A stretch of 15,212 bases of DNA from assembly GCA_964236135.1 (NCBI GenBank), contig CAXSBN010000040.1:1-15212 (forward strand), read 5' to 3'. A program made the translations under genes and the position numbers. The stretch's first letter is position 1; every line of letters begins with the position of its first letter. This document shows, piece by piece, positions 6,042-14,608 of this stretch. The notes below the pieces were generated by a model. That model was not told where the DNA came from, did not search any database, and saw nothing but the letters and a program-made list of their open reading frames with translations. This DNA is from an uncultured Phycisphaerae bacterium. Its GTDB lineage: Bacteria > Planctomycetota > Phycisphaerae > Tepidisphaerales > Tepidisphaeraceae.

Positions 6042-8291
6042 ATGGGTATGGTTTTCACATCTCTCGGCATATTTGCAGTCACGAACGCCAGTTCGTCGCT
6101 GACGATCGGATTTGCCATAACCGCGGCGGTGATCGTCGCGATAATCCTGCTGGCTGCGACGTTTGTCGGCGCTCGGTACATTCCCCACGACCGCGTGGGC
6201 GTGATCGAAAAACTCTGGTCGAGCAGCGGCTCCGTCAGCGAAGGTCACATCATCGCCCTCAACGGCGAGGCCGGCTACCAGGCCGACCTGCTGCGCGGCG
6301 GCATGCACTTCGGCTACTGGCGATGGCAGTATCGCATTCACCGCCTGCCGCTCGTCACCGTGCCGCAGGGAAAGCTTGCGTATATCTATGCCCGGGACGG
6401 TTCACCACTCAGCGCAACTCAGACACTTGCACAGATGGTGAATTGCAACAACTTCCAGGATGCGCGTGCATTCCTCGGGACCGCGTTGAAATCGGACAGT
6501 TCCCGGGGAGGCGGCTTAAGCCGCCTCCCCAGTGACGCCAACGCACCGAAGATCGCGGGACAGCGCGGTCGTCAGCGCGCGATCATTCGTGAAGGCGTCT
6601 ACGCGATCAACCTCGCGCTCTTCGTCGTCATCACCGAAGACCGCGTCTATCACCACGGGGCCGACAGCAAGCTCGAAATCGAACGCCTGATGAGCTGGCA
6701 GAAAGAACTCAAGTTGCTCGACGGCTTCAATCCCGTCGTCATCGGCGAGGAGATGAGCGCGATCGATCCGCTCAATCCCGAGAAGTCGTTCGTCGTCGAC
6801 TCCATCGGCATCGTGACGGTTCACGACGGCCCGAGCCTGAACCCCGGCGAGATTATCGCGCCGGCGGTCGGCAACGATTCGTCCGACAACAATTATCACA
6901 ATAACTACCAGGACATCGAAAGCTTTCTCGCGGCCGGTGGTCGTCGCGGGCGGCAGTACGTGCCGCTGACGGATGGCACGTACTTTCTCAACCGCTGGTT
7001 CTCGACGATTGAGATGGTCCCGAAGACCGTCGTGCCGATCGGTTATGTCGGCACGGTCGTCAGCTACTACGGCCCGATCGGCAAGGACGTCTCCGGCGAT
7101 TCCTTCCGTCACGGCGAACGTGTCGCCCGCGGCGAGCGTGGCGTATGGGAACGCCCGCTCGGCCCCGGCAAGTATCCGTTCAATCCATATGCGGGACAGA
7201 TCATTCTCGTCCCGACGACCAACTTCGTTCTGCACTGGATCACCGGCAAGACCGAAGCGCACCGTTACGACGATACGCTCAAGTCGATCGACCTCGTGAC
7301 CAAGGATGCATACGAGCCGATGCTGCCGCTCAGCGTCGTCGTTCACATCGACTACATGAAAGCGCCGTCGGTCATCCAGCGCTTCGGCGATGTCAAGAAG
7401 CTGATCACGCAGACGCTCGACCCGATGCTGTCGGCCTTCTTCCGCGATGTCGCGCACAAGAAGACGATGCTCGAACTGCTGCAGCATCGCGACGACATCC
7501 AGCTCGAAGCACGCGGCGAATTGCAGCGGCGATTCCTGCAGTTCGACATCGAATGCGTCGACGTGCTCATCGGCAAGCCCGACACGGCCGAGGCTGGCGG
7601 CAAGATCGAGACGCTGCTCGAACAATTGCGTCAGCGTCAGCTCAGCAAGGAGCAGATCGAAACGTATGAACATCAACGCCTCGCATCCGACGAACAGCGT
7701 CGGCTGAACGAAGCGCAGGCCCGCGCGAGCAAGCAGAAGGAAGTCACCGACTCGCTGCTTCAGGTGCAGATCGCACAGAACGCCGGCGATGCGGACCTGG
7801 CCCGTGCGAAGAAGCACGCGGAGCAGACGATCGTGGTGGCCGAGGCGGAACTGGAACGCTCGCGTCGCGCGGCACAGCAGACGATCGTGACCGCCGAGGC
7901 GAGCAGCAAGGAACGCGAACTCGCGGGCCGCGGCGAATCGGTGCGGCAGATGCAGGTCGGCCTGTCCGAGGCGGCGATCCTCATGAAGAAGATCAACAGC
8001 TTCGGCGACCCACGACTATACGCGTTGTCGCTCGTGGCTGAGCATCTGAGCAAGAGCCAGCAGCCGCTGGTCCCCGAACGTGTCTTCATGACCGGCGGCT
8101 CAACCAACGCCGACAAGCCGCACGGCATGGGCATGGTGAGCGAATTGGTATCGCTCCTCGTCGCGGAAAAGAGCGGCTTCTCGCCGGTGGAGAACGCCGA
8201 CTTGAACGGACTCAAGGCGTTCAGCGATCGCATGAGCGATGACGCGATGAGCAGCATCCGGGAGGCGCTGACAACGCAGGACGTCGGATAA
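6042..8291 (+). CDS. flotillin-family SPFH/band-7 membrane protein (YqiK/FloT-like), unusually long (749 aa)
   Basis: AAGGAG lies 8 nt upstream of the ATG. An N-terminal hydrophobic hairpin is followed by SPFH-like segments (RVGVIEKLW...LLRGGMHFGYW...; GERGVWERPLGPGKYPFNPYAGQIILVPTTNF). An EA/Q-rich coiled coil follows (AEQTIVVAEAELERSRRAAQQTIVTAEA). The C-terminal motif LVAEHLSKSQQPLVPERVFMTGGS is typical of flotillin (compare FloT ...LPEYAKQAAAPLSNIDKITVVDTGGS). Confidence 0.8.
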   Translation: MGMVFTSLGIFAVTNASSSLTIGFAITAAVIVAIILLAATFVGARYIPHDRVGVIEKLWSSSGSVSEGHIIALNGEAGYQADLLRGGMHFGYWRWQYRIHRLPLVTVPQGKLAYIYARDGSPLSATQTLAQMVNCNNFQDARAFLGTALKSDSSRGGGLSRLPSDANAPKIAGQRGRQRAIIREGVYAINLALFVVITEDRVYHHGADSKLEIERLMSWQKELKLLDGFNPVVIGEEMSAIDPLNPEKSFVVDSIGIVTVHDGPSLNPGEIIAPAVGNDSSDNNYHNNYQDIESFLAAGGRRGRQYVPLTDGTYFLNRWFSTIEMVPKTVVPIGYVGTVVSYYGPIGKDVSGDSFRHGERVARGERGVWERPLGPGKYPFNPYAGQIILVPTTNFVLHWITGKTEAHRYDDTLKSIDLVTKDAYEPMLPLSVVVHIDYMKAPSVIQRFGDVKKLITQTLDPMLSAFFRDVAHKKTMLELLQHRDDIQLEARGELQRRFLQFDIECVDVLIGKPDTAEAGGKIETLLEQLRQRQLSKEQIETYEHQRLASDEQRRLNEAQARASKQKEVTDSLLQVQIAQNAGDADLARAKKHAEQTIVVAEAELERSRRAAQQTIVTAEASSKERELAGRGESVRQMQVGLSEAAILMKKINSFGDPRLYALSLVAEHLSKSQQPLVPERVFMTGGSTNADKPHGMGMVSELVSLLVAEKSGFSPVENADLNGLKAFSDRMSDDAMSSIREALTTQDVG

Positions 8292-8296
8292 GTTTC

Positions 8297-8335
8297 ACGT
8301 CCGCGCGAGTGAAAATTCGCTCGGACGTTTCTCGT
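8297..8335 (+). terminator. candidate intrinsic terminator after flotillin gene (imperfect GC hairpin + TTCTCGTTCC)
   Basis: CACGTCCGCGCGAG-tgaaaatt-CGCTCGGACGT is followed by a T-rich tract. The stem is imperfect. Confidence 0.35.
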
Positions 8336-8340
8336 TCCTC

Positions 8341-8388
8341 GCTTGCGCCTTCGCGTTGTATTCAGCACTTCCACGCAAAGGCGCAAGC
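8341..8388 (+). other. strong stem-loop (15-bp stem, 1 mismatch, 18-nt loop) containing the recurring 16-mer CGCTTGCGCCTTCGCG
   Basis: GCTTGCGCCTTCGCG (8341-8355) pairs with CGCAAAGGCGCAAGC (8374-8388). Confidence 0.6.
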
Positions 8389-8675
8389 AATGGCGATCAC
8401 GGACAGAACGCGCGTCCCTTAAAGCTTTTCCTCTCGTAAATTCCGGGGAATTTTGCGCGCGAGGCATTGAATCGCACGGTGTTTACGATAGATTTCCCCA
8501 CCCAGACAGCGACGCACTCCGCGAATACCGGATGAATGGCGTTCATGTTCGGGGAAACAGGCGGTCGATCGCGCGGCAATGCGGAGCACCGACGCGCGGT
8601 TACGACCAGATCATGTGGATTGATGGGCTCCCATAAAAGCACGTCCCCGAAAAGGGCACAGAAGGAGATCGAATC

Positions 8676-8975
8676 ATGGCCAAGGCAATGACAAAGTCGG
8701 AAATCGCCACGCAGTTGGCGGAAAAGGTCGGCATCAGCAAGAAGCAGGTCAATATGCTGCTCGAAGCGCAGGCTGACCTTGCGTACAAGCAGGCGAAAAA
8801 TCAGTTTCCGATCGCCGGCGTTGGTAAGCTCGTTCTTGTCGAGCGGCCATCGCGTCAGATGGTGATGCAATTTGGCGAAAAGAAGGGCCAAACCATTACC
8901 GTTCCGAAGAAGAAAGTCCTGAAGTTCCGCATCGCCAAGGCGGCGAAGGATGCCGTTTTGGGCGCTAAAAAGTAG
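8676..8975 (+). CDS. HU/IHF-family nucleoid-associated DNA-binding protein
   Basis: The 99-aa ORF reads MTKSEIATQLAEKVGISKKQVNMLLEA...FPIAGVGKLVLVERPSRQMVMQFGEKKGQTITVPKKKVLKFRIAKAAKDAV, the HU fold signature. AAGGAG lies 8 nt upstream. Confidence 0.9.
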   Translation: MAKAMTKSEIATQLAEKVGISKKQVNMLLEAQADLAYKQAKNQFPIAGVGKLVLVERPSRQMVMQFGEKKGQTITVPKKKVLKFRIAKAAKDAVLGAKK

Positions 8976-9013
8976 ACAAGCTTCTTTCTCAACGGCATTG
9001 CGTTGAAATTGGG

Positions 9014-9051
9014 CCGCGGGTTATTGGAAACGATAACCCGCTGCTTTTTTT
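9014..9051 (+). terminator. rho-independent terminator of HU gene
   Basis: GCGGGTTAT-tggaaacg-ATAACCCGC is followed by TGCTTTTTTT. Confidence 0.85.
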
Positions 9052-9103
9052 GCTATTCCGGCATGAAGGTTGCGATAATCGTGGCATTCACAAGGAGCAA
9101 CTT

Positions 9104-9646
9104 ATGACCCGTGGAATTGTAGACACCGGTATCGGCCTGCCGGGCGATGCGACTGGCGCGGCCCTTAATCCCGTCGCGATGATGCCAATGGCGATCGGCG
9201 ACACCCAGGCCAATGGAATCGATCAGCTCAACGGCCTGCTGCGGGGCGAGATTTCTGCTGCCGAAACCTACCGCATGGGGATCGACAAAACGTCGGGCAA
9301 CAATTCCGACTCGGTCAATTACGGCTTGCTGCGAGAAATCCAGGCGGAACACGGCCGGGCTGCCCAGGCGATCCGCGATCGCATCCGAGAACTCGGTGGT
9401 GAGCCGGCCGACAGTTCCGGTGCGTGGGGCACCTGGGCCAAGGTCGTGCAAGGCGTCGCCGATTTGTTCGGCGATACGCTCGCCTTGAAAAGCCTGAAAG
9501 AGGGCGAAGAGCACGGCTTGAAGGATTACCAGGCCAGCCTTGATTTTGTTGACTCGGTTTCAGCCGACCTCATCAATAACCAGTTCATCCCCGCTCAACA
9601 GAAGCATATTAACCTGCTGGATCAATTGATCGGCTCCGTAAAATAG
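9104..9646 (+). CDS. PA2169/DUF2383-family ferritin-like four-helix-bundle protein
   Basis: I take the start at the ATG at 9104, which is preceded by AAGGAG about 7 nt upstream. The ORF track begins at 9050. The pattern LNGLLRGEISAAETYRMGI...EHGRAAQAIRDRIRELGGEP..SGAWGTWAKVVQGVADLFGD...LKEGEEHGLKDYQASL matches the family by recall. Confidence 0.65.
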   Translation: MTRGIVDTGIGLPGDATGAALNPVAMMPMAIGDTQANGIDQLNGLLRGEISAAETYRMGIDKTSGNNSDSVNYGLLREIQAEHGRAAQAIRDRIRELGGEPADSSGAWGTWAKVVQGVADLFGDTLALKSLKEGEEHGLKDYQASLDFVDSVSADLINNQFIPAQQKHINLLDQLIGSVK

Positions 9647-9674
9647 ATCGCGATCCAGTCGATCGAAGAATCAG

Positions 9675-9706
9675 AAAACCCCGGAACAATCGTTCCGGGG
9701 TTTTTT
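9675..9706. terminator. bidirectional intrinsic terminator between convergent DUF2383 gene and rpsR
   Basis: AAAACCCCGGAAC-aatc-GTTCCGGGGTTTTTTATT has a 9-bp GC stem flanked by an A-run and a T-run, so it can terminate transcripts from both strands. Confidence 0.85.
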
Positions 9707-9778
9707 ATTGAAGAAATATAGTGTAACCGCCTCAAGCCCACCGCGTCACGGTGGGTTTGGTGCCTACACATTTGGAGC

Positions 9779-10063
9779 TTACACACCAGTCGTGATGTAC
9801 GGCAACAGCGACATATAGCGGGCGCGCTTCACCGCGCGAGCAACCATGCGCTGTTCCATCGCGGTCGCGCCAGTGCGCTTGCGGGAGAGCATCTTGCCGT
9901 TGCCGCTGATCATCTTGCGGAGTGACTCGGTGTCTTTGTAGTCGATGTAGATTGTCTCATCCGCCGCCGTGCGAGCAATTTTAAGCTTCGGCTTATTAAA
10001 GTTCTGGAAAGATTCTTTCTTCTCGCGGCGTTCGCGGTTTCCACCTTGTCCGGGTCGGGGCAT
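9779..10063 (-). CDS. rpsR: 30S ribosomal protein S18
   Basis: ...IDYKDTESLRKMISGNGKMLSRKRTGATAMEQRMVARAVKRARYMSLLPY is the S18 signature. I take the start at the ATG at 10061-10063, with GGAG 8 nt upstream. The ORF track extends to 10111. Confidence 0.9.
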   Translation of the reverse strand: MPRPGQGGNRERREKKESFQNFNKPKLKIARTAADETIYIDYKDTESLRKMISGNGKMLSRKRTGATAMEQRMVARAVKRARYMSLLPYITTGV

Positions 10064-10313
10064 CGTCACAACTCCAAAATCGTTCGAATCGACAAACAGC
10101 GCATCCCCCAATTTAGGGCCGGGAATTGTAGCAGAACCGGCCCAATCTGCAAGGATCAGCGGCTTGCCGGCACTGCAATGGCGGCAAGTGCCATTTTCCG
10201 CTGCGAAACGAAGTGGTTAACCGCAAGGAAGGTCGCGAGATACGGCGCAAAAAGGGCAAAGCCGTGTACGCCGCAAAGAAACGTCAGGGGCAGAAAACGT
10301 AGCGAACGCATAC

Positions 10314-10329
10314 TCCGTATTTATACGGA
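10314..10329. promoter_or_regulatory. inverted repeat TCCGTAT-tt-ATACGGA (candidate dimeric-regulator site) in the rpsR upstream / GH4 downstream spacer
   Basis: The 7-bp arms are perfect with a 2-nt spacer. It lies about 250 bp upstream of the rpsR start. Confidence 0.3.
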
Positions 10330-10469
10330 CGTGAACCTTGTGGGAACGCATACAACCTCCGTTTGCGCCAGGGAAATTCCAAACTCGTGCCTCTGGTAAC
10401 GGCTGTCGCAGATGTTCGCTTTCGGAAAGATAGGATAGCGATCGATCACCTCGAATCGCGGTGGCGGCT

Positions 10470-12020
10470 TTATTTATATTCCCGTAGATACGTCTTCTCC
10501 GCATCGAACAGTTCCAGCGTCATCGCCTTGATCTCGCGCGGCGTGAGAATCGCGGCCGTCAGGGGATCGAGGAAGAGCGCCTCGATCGCCGCCTCCTTGC
10601 TCAACTCCACACATGCTTGTGCAGCCAAATCGAAATACGCCATCTGGCTTGCGCACACGTGCGACATCGCGCGCGGCAGGGCGCCGTAACGCGTCGGGTT
10701 GATCCCGTTGCGATCGACCAGGCACGCCACTTCCACGCAACCATCGCCGGGGAGATTGGTGATGAGCTTTCCCGCTTCACCGCTCCCCCGCACTCCGGCA
10801 CGCTCGCTGTTGTTCATGACATTGCCGTGAATGCGAACCGGCGAATCCTTCTCACGCGCTTCGATGATCCACGACGCATATTCCCACGAGCGATCCTTCT
10901 CGACTTCCTTCTCGCCGGCCACCAGTTTTCGCCGCGTCTCGTCCGCGTTCTTTCGCCACTGCGGCCAATTCGTCGCGTAAAACCGGCTGCCGCCGTCGTA
11001 CCGCGTTCGCAATAATTTTCGGCCTGTCTCGCTCTTGCGGTAATACGGCAGATACTCGCTCAAATGCCCGCTGCTTTCGGTGATGAACGCACCGAAGTGC
11101 AGGCACATGTCCTTGCGGATCAGATCCTTCCCCATCCATGGCTCGTTCTCGCCATGATTGCGCGAATCGTGCGATGCGATCCCCGCATCGGCCTCGGCAT
11201 AGCCGGCTTCGATTTCCTTCGCAAATTTCGCCAGCAGCACGGAATCGTAGAGGTCGAGCCCTTTGTGCTTCAGCTTCGTGAACCACGCCAGGTGATTCAC
11301 GCCCGCGCATTCCCATTCCAATTCGTCGTACGGCACGTCCGCATACTCGGCCAGCAGATGGCTCGTGCCCTGCACGCTGTGACATAGCCCCACCACCGGC
11401 ACTTCCGGCACCGCACGCCCCGCGGCGCAGCAGAGCATGCTCATCGGGTTGGTATAATTAAGCACGATCGCATCCGGCGATAGCTCGCGAATGTCGCGCA
11501 AAATATCGAGAAAGACCGGCACCGTGCGCAGGCCCTTAAACAGCCCGCCCGGGCCGACGGTGTCGCCGATGCATTGATCGACGCCGTATTTCAGCGGGAT
11601 GTCGTTATCGAACGCGACGCACGCCGTGCCCGACACTTCCACGCAGCAGACGGCGTAATGCGTCTCCTTCAACAGCTCCCGTCGATTCGTGCTCGCCCGC
11701 ACGGCCCAGCCGTCGCCACGGCCGAGGTCGTTTACCAATTTCGTGATGACTTTTGCCATCATCGACAGGCGGTTTTCATCGACATCGCACAGTCGAAATT
11801 CGCCCCGTTCGGCCCCCGGAATCCGCAGGACGTCGCGGCACAAATTCGGACAAAACCCCGACCCCGCGCCGAGAAACGTAACGTTGATCGGCCGGGTGAT
11901 TTTCCCGCGCAGTCCCAACTGCGAATCCGCCGCCCTGGTGTGCGCCGCGTGTCCGGATTTGGCTTCGTTTACTCGTTTCGCCGTTTCTCCCGCGGCAAGT
12001 GTGGTGGCCATCGTCGTCAT
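10470..12020 (-). CDS. glycoside hydrolase family 4 (NAD+/Mn2+-dependent alpha-glucosidase / alpha-galactosidase / 6-phospho-glycosidase type)
   Basis: A Rossmann N-terminus (INVTFLGAGSGF), VLNYTNPMSM and the GLCHSVQGT Cys-His motif are present. The ORF track extends to 12443, but the first 141 codons look non-coding. I place the start at MTTMATT (12020 or 12011), which is uncertain. Confidence 0.82.
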   Translation of the reverse strand: MTTMATTLAAGETAKRVNEAKSGHAAHTRAADSQLGLRGKITRPINVTFLGAGSGFCPNLCRDVLRIPGAERGEFRLCDVDENRLSMMAKVITKLVNDLGRGDGWAVRASTNRRELLKETHYAVCCVEVSGTACVAFDNDIPLKYGVDQCIGDTVGPGGLFKGLRTVPVFLDILRDIRELSPDAIVLNYTNPMSMLCCAAGRAVPEVPVVGLCHSVQGTSHLLAEYADVPYDELEWECAGVNHLAWFTKLKHKGLDLYDSVLLAKFAKEIEAGYAEADAGIASHDSRNHGENEPWMGKDLIRKDMCLHFGAFITESSGHLSEYLPYYRKSETGRKLLRTRYDGGSRFYATNWPQWRKNADETRRKLVAGEKEVEKDRSWEYASWIIEAREKDSPVRIHGNVMNNSERAGVRGSGEAGKLITNLPGDGCVEVACLVDRNGINPTRYGALPRAMSHVCASQMAYFDLAAQACVELSKEAAIEALFLDPLTAAILTPREIKAMTLELFDAEKTYLREYK

Positions 12021-12115
12021 TACTCCATTTAAAATCACATCGTAGCCGCAGTCCCTTGGGCGAGCGATAGCTCTCGAAAATCTCGCACGCTTGGCGATGG
12101 ATACCCAAAAACTCA

Positions 12116-12293
12116 AATTGGCTTCGTTTGAGCGACCGGAATATCTCACGCCGTTCGCCGCCGCGCTTGCGCCTTCGCGTGGCATATCGGATGCCATTCC
12201 AGAGGTCGTCGACGCTCGCATGATGAGCGATGGAATTCGGCTTCGTGACACCTCCGCGATCGTAGTTTCACACCCAAACCGAATTGGCTTCGT
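12116..12293 (+). promoter_or_regulatory. three direct copies of AATTGGCTTCGT (12116, 12234 with 1-nt insertion, 12282) in the 716-bp GH4/rsmG divergent intergenic region
   Basis: The copies read caaAATTGGCTTCGTttg, ggAATTcGGCTTCGTgac and ccgAATTGGCTTCGTatc. They may be repeated operator or promoter elements. Confidence 0.35.
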
Positions 12294-12736
12294 ATCGCAC
12301 GCGTCCACTCCATCCCGATCCCCTCCGGCCACGCCTCTGTCGACGAGTTCGTCCACGCCCGGTCGCCAACTCGGCTTAGCCCCACATTCGCCGCCTCCAT
12401 TCATCCCAAAACAACCCAGCCGATCCGGCCACACATCGCCCACCTTTATCTACCGGAAGCGCTGCGCGAACAGAATCCGTTCAGCGCAGCGCCGACAACA
12501 AATTTTTTTGCAGTTCCGGCCACTCGCGAGCGAAGATACGCGGCTGCACACGGGGGCACTAGATCTGGTGGTCGATTACAAACGCTTCTGCGCGCCGACC
12601 GAGCGGCTGCATTTTTTCATGCCGAGATCGACCGCGGCGTACCGCCCGAGCAGGCGATCGAACTTCGGACGCAAGCCCCGTCGTTTTTCCGCTATCCTGT
12701 TCCCTCGACGTTGCCTCTTCAGAATTCTGGCTGCTT

Positions 12737-13453
12737 ATGACCGACGAATTGCCCGCCGATGTTCCGCCCTCGCCGCACGCCGGCATTGATCTCTGGCACA
12801 CGTTAGCTGCGATGGCGGCGGTGGAGCTGTCGGACGACCAAATCGACCAGCTCATGCGCTATCTCGACTTGCTCTTCGCCGCGAACGAGCGAATGAATCT
12901 GACGCGCATCACCGATCGCGCCGCGGCCGAAGTGCAGCACGTCGGCGATGCACTGACGTTGCTCCCGTTTTTGCCGCCGGGGAAATTCACGTTGGCCGAC
13001 GTCGGCAGCGGCGGCGGTGTGCCGGGTATTCCGCTCGCCATCGCCCGGCCCGATGCACGGGTCACGCTGATCGAGTCGACGAAAAAGAAAGCACTGTTTC
13101 TTGAAGAGGCGGTCATGACGCTGCGGTTGAAGAACGTGCGCATCATGCCCGATCGCGCCGAGGCATTCGGCGCGCGCGGCTCGCCCGGCCATGAGAAATT
13201 CGACATCGTGACCGTCCGCGCGGTCGCACCGATGACCGAGCTGGCAACCTGGTGCCTGCCTCTGTTGAAAGCGCACGGCAAGCTGCTCGCCGCCAAGGGG
13301 CCGAAGGTTGCGGATGAGCTGCCGACCGCGCAAAACATCATCGCGCGCCTCGGCGGAAAACCCGCCTCGATCCACACCGTCGACTCGCTGCCCGAGATTC
13401 ACAACCACGTGATCGTTCAGATCGAAAAACGCCGCCCGAAATATAAGCTCTAA
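12737..13453 (+). CDS. rsmG: 16S rRNA (guanine527-N7)-methyltransferase RsmG (GidB)
   Basis: The 238-aa ORF has ...NERMNLTRI...HVGDALTLLPFL..., a SAM-binding DVGSGGGVPGIPLAIARPDARVTLIESTKKKALFL, and RAVAPM. Confidence 0.9.
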   Translation: MTDELPADVPPSPHAGIDLWHTLAAMAAVELSDDQIDQLMRYLDLLFAANERMNLTRITDRAAAEVQHVGDALTLLPFLPPGKFTLADVGSGGGVPGIPLAIARPDARVTLIESTKKKALFLEEAVMTLRLKNVRIMPDRAEAFGARGSPGHEKFDIVTVRAVAPMTELATWCLPLLKAHGKLLAAKGPKVADELPTAQNIIARLGGKPASIHTVDSLPEIHNHVIVQIEKRRPKYKL

Positions 13454-13903
13454 CCTCGGTCGCTCATCACTGTCATTGATGGCACGAGGGATCACCAACA
13501 GGGCAACAGCATTTTCTCTTACTCCTCTCTCCGCAAGGATTATGCACGAAGCTCGCTCGACTCTTCCCGTGTCATCGGCGTCTCGCCGATGCGTGGTCAC
13601 GCAAAACGTGACCGCCACGCGCAAGACGTCCGAGGTACGGGAAGATCGATAAAATCGACGTGTTTTAGGATTGATGCAGAATCCTCTCGGAGAGAGGAGC
13701 AAGATGCGGATCGAGGAGAATGCGATTTCCCTGAGACCATGAGGAGTTCGAGGACGGATTTCGCATTGTGCGATTTGCCCTGCTCGACGATCCTATTCAC
13801 CCGGCCGCCGATTCATGCGCACGCGTGTTGTGCGGCCGATTCAACGTTCGAAAAACACACTAAACATCTTGCGTGCGCAGGACCGTTTGAAGGAGACCGA
13901 ACC

Positions 13904-14455
13904 ATGATGGAACGAAACACCCGCCGGACTTTTCTCGCGACCACGCTCGCGGCGATCGTCGCATTTGCATTCGTCGGAACCGTCCGCGCGGCCGACGATG
14001 ATCATATGAACATGGCCGACAAGGCCATGCTGAAGGACGCCCTGAGAAACCTGAAGCAGGTCGAACAGACCGGCGAAGTCGCCCGCAACAAGACCGAAAG
14101 CACGGGCGTGAAGCACTACGTCGCCAATTCGGTCGAAGCAGCCAACGACATGATCGTCGCGATGCAGAAGATCGCCGAATCGTCCAAGGTTAAGTTCGAC
14201 GAAGATCCCACCAAGGGCGACGTGAAGGACAAGAAGGGCCTGCAAAAGATGAAGGGCCACGACTTCGACGTCGAATACATGGACCAGCAGATCGACACCC
14301 AAAAGGAACTGCTCGATCTCTTCAAGAAAGGCGCCGACGACGCCAAGAACGACGACCTCAAACACTTCTTCAAGTCACACACCGACGACCTCGAGCGCCG
14401 AGTCGACGCCGCGAAGAAGCTGTATAAGGAACTGAAGGAGAAGGACACGAAGTAA
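13904..14455 (+). CDS. DUF4142-family secreted protein with Tat-type signal peptide
   Basis: AAGGAG lies 11 nt upstream of the ATG at 13904. MMERNTRRTFLATTLAAIVAFAFVGTVRA gives an RRxFL twin-arginine motif with an AxA cleavage site. The helical, K/D/E-rich body contains HDFDVEYMDQQIDTQKELLDLF...DDLKHFFKSHTDDLERRVDAAKKL, which fits the second half-repeat of DUF4142. The ORF track's upstream extension to 13589 looks non-coding. Confidence 0.65.
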   Translation: MMERNTRRTFLATTLAAIVAFAFVGTVRAADDDHMNMADKAMLKDALRNLKQVEQTGEVARNKTESTGVKHYVANSVEAANDMIVAMQKIAESSKVKFDEDPTKGDVKDKKGLQKMKGHDFDVEYMDQQIDTQKELLDLFKKGADDAKNDDLKHFFKSHTDDLERRVDAAKKLYKELKEKDTK

Positions 14456-14608
14456 TACGGAGCGTGATTGGTTCGCGCGTAGAACGGTGCCACACCATTG
14501 ACGAGACGCGGCTCGACTGAAGCTCGCCGAAGTCCAATGCGATGCCGGAAAACCGAAGCGCGATCGCGAATCAAGCTGGATCCGTTTAAGTCAATTAGCG
14601 TCAAGATG

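Noticed and set aside
10078-10092. GTTCGAATC, a tRNA T-loop-like motif
   Set aside because: Only a 3-bp flanking stem is possible and there are no acceptor, D or anticodon arms. It lies in the rpsR 5' leader and is not a tRNA.
12021-12443. N-terminal 141-codon extension of the GH4 ORF back to 12443
   Set aside because: The extension is Gly/Arg/Asp-rich low-complexity with no similarity to GH4 N-termini. The GH4 Rossmann motif begins about 40 aa after the internal MTTMATT, so the extension is treated as intergenic.
13589-13903. Upstream in-frame extension of the DUF4142 ORF
   Set aside because: It is Arg-rich with no signal peptide. A strong AAGGAG RBS and a Tat signal peptide begin at the internal ATG at 13904.
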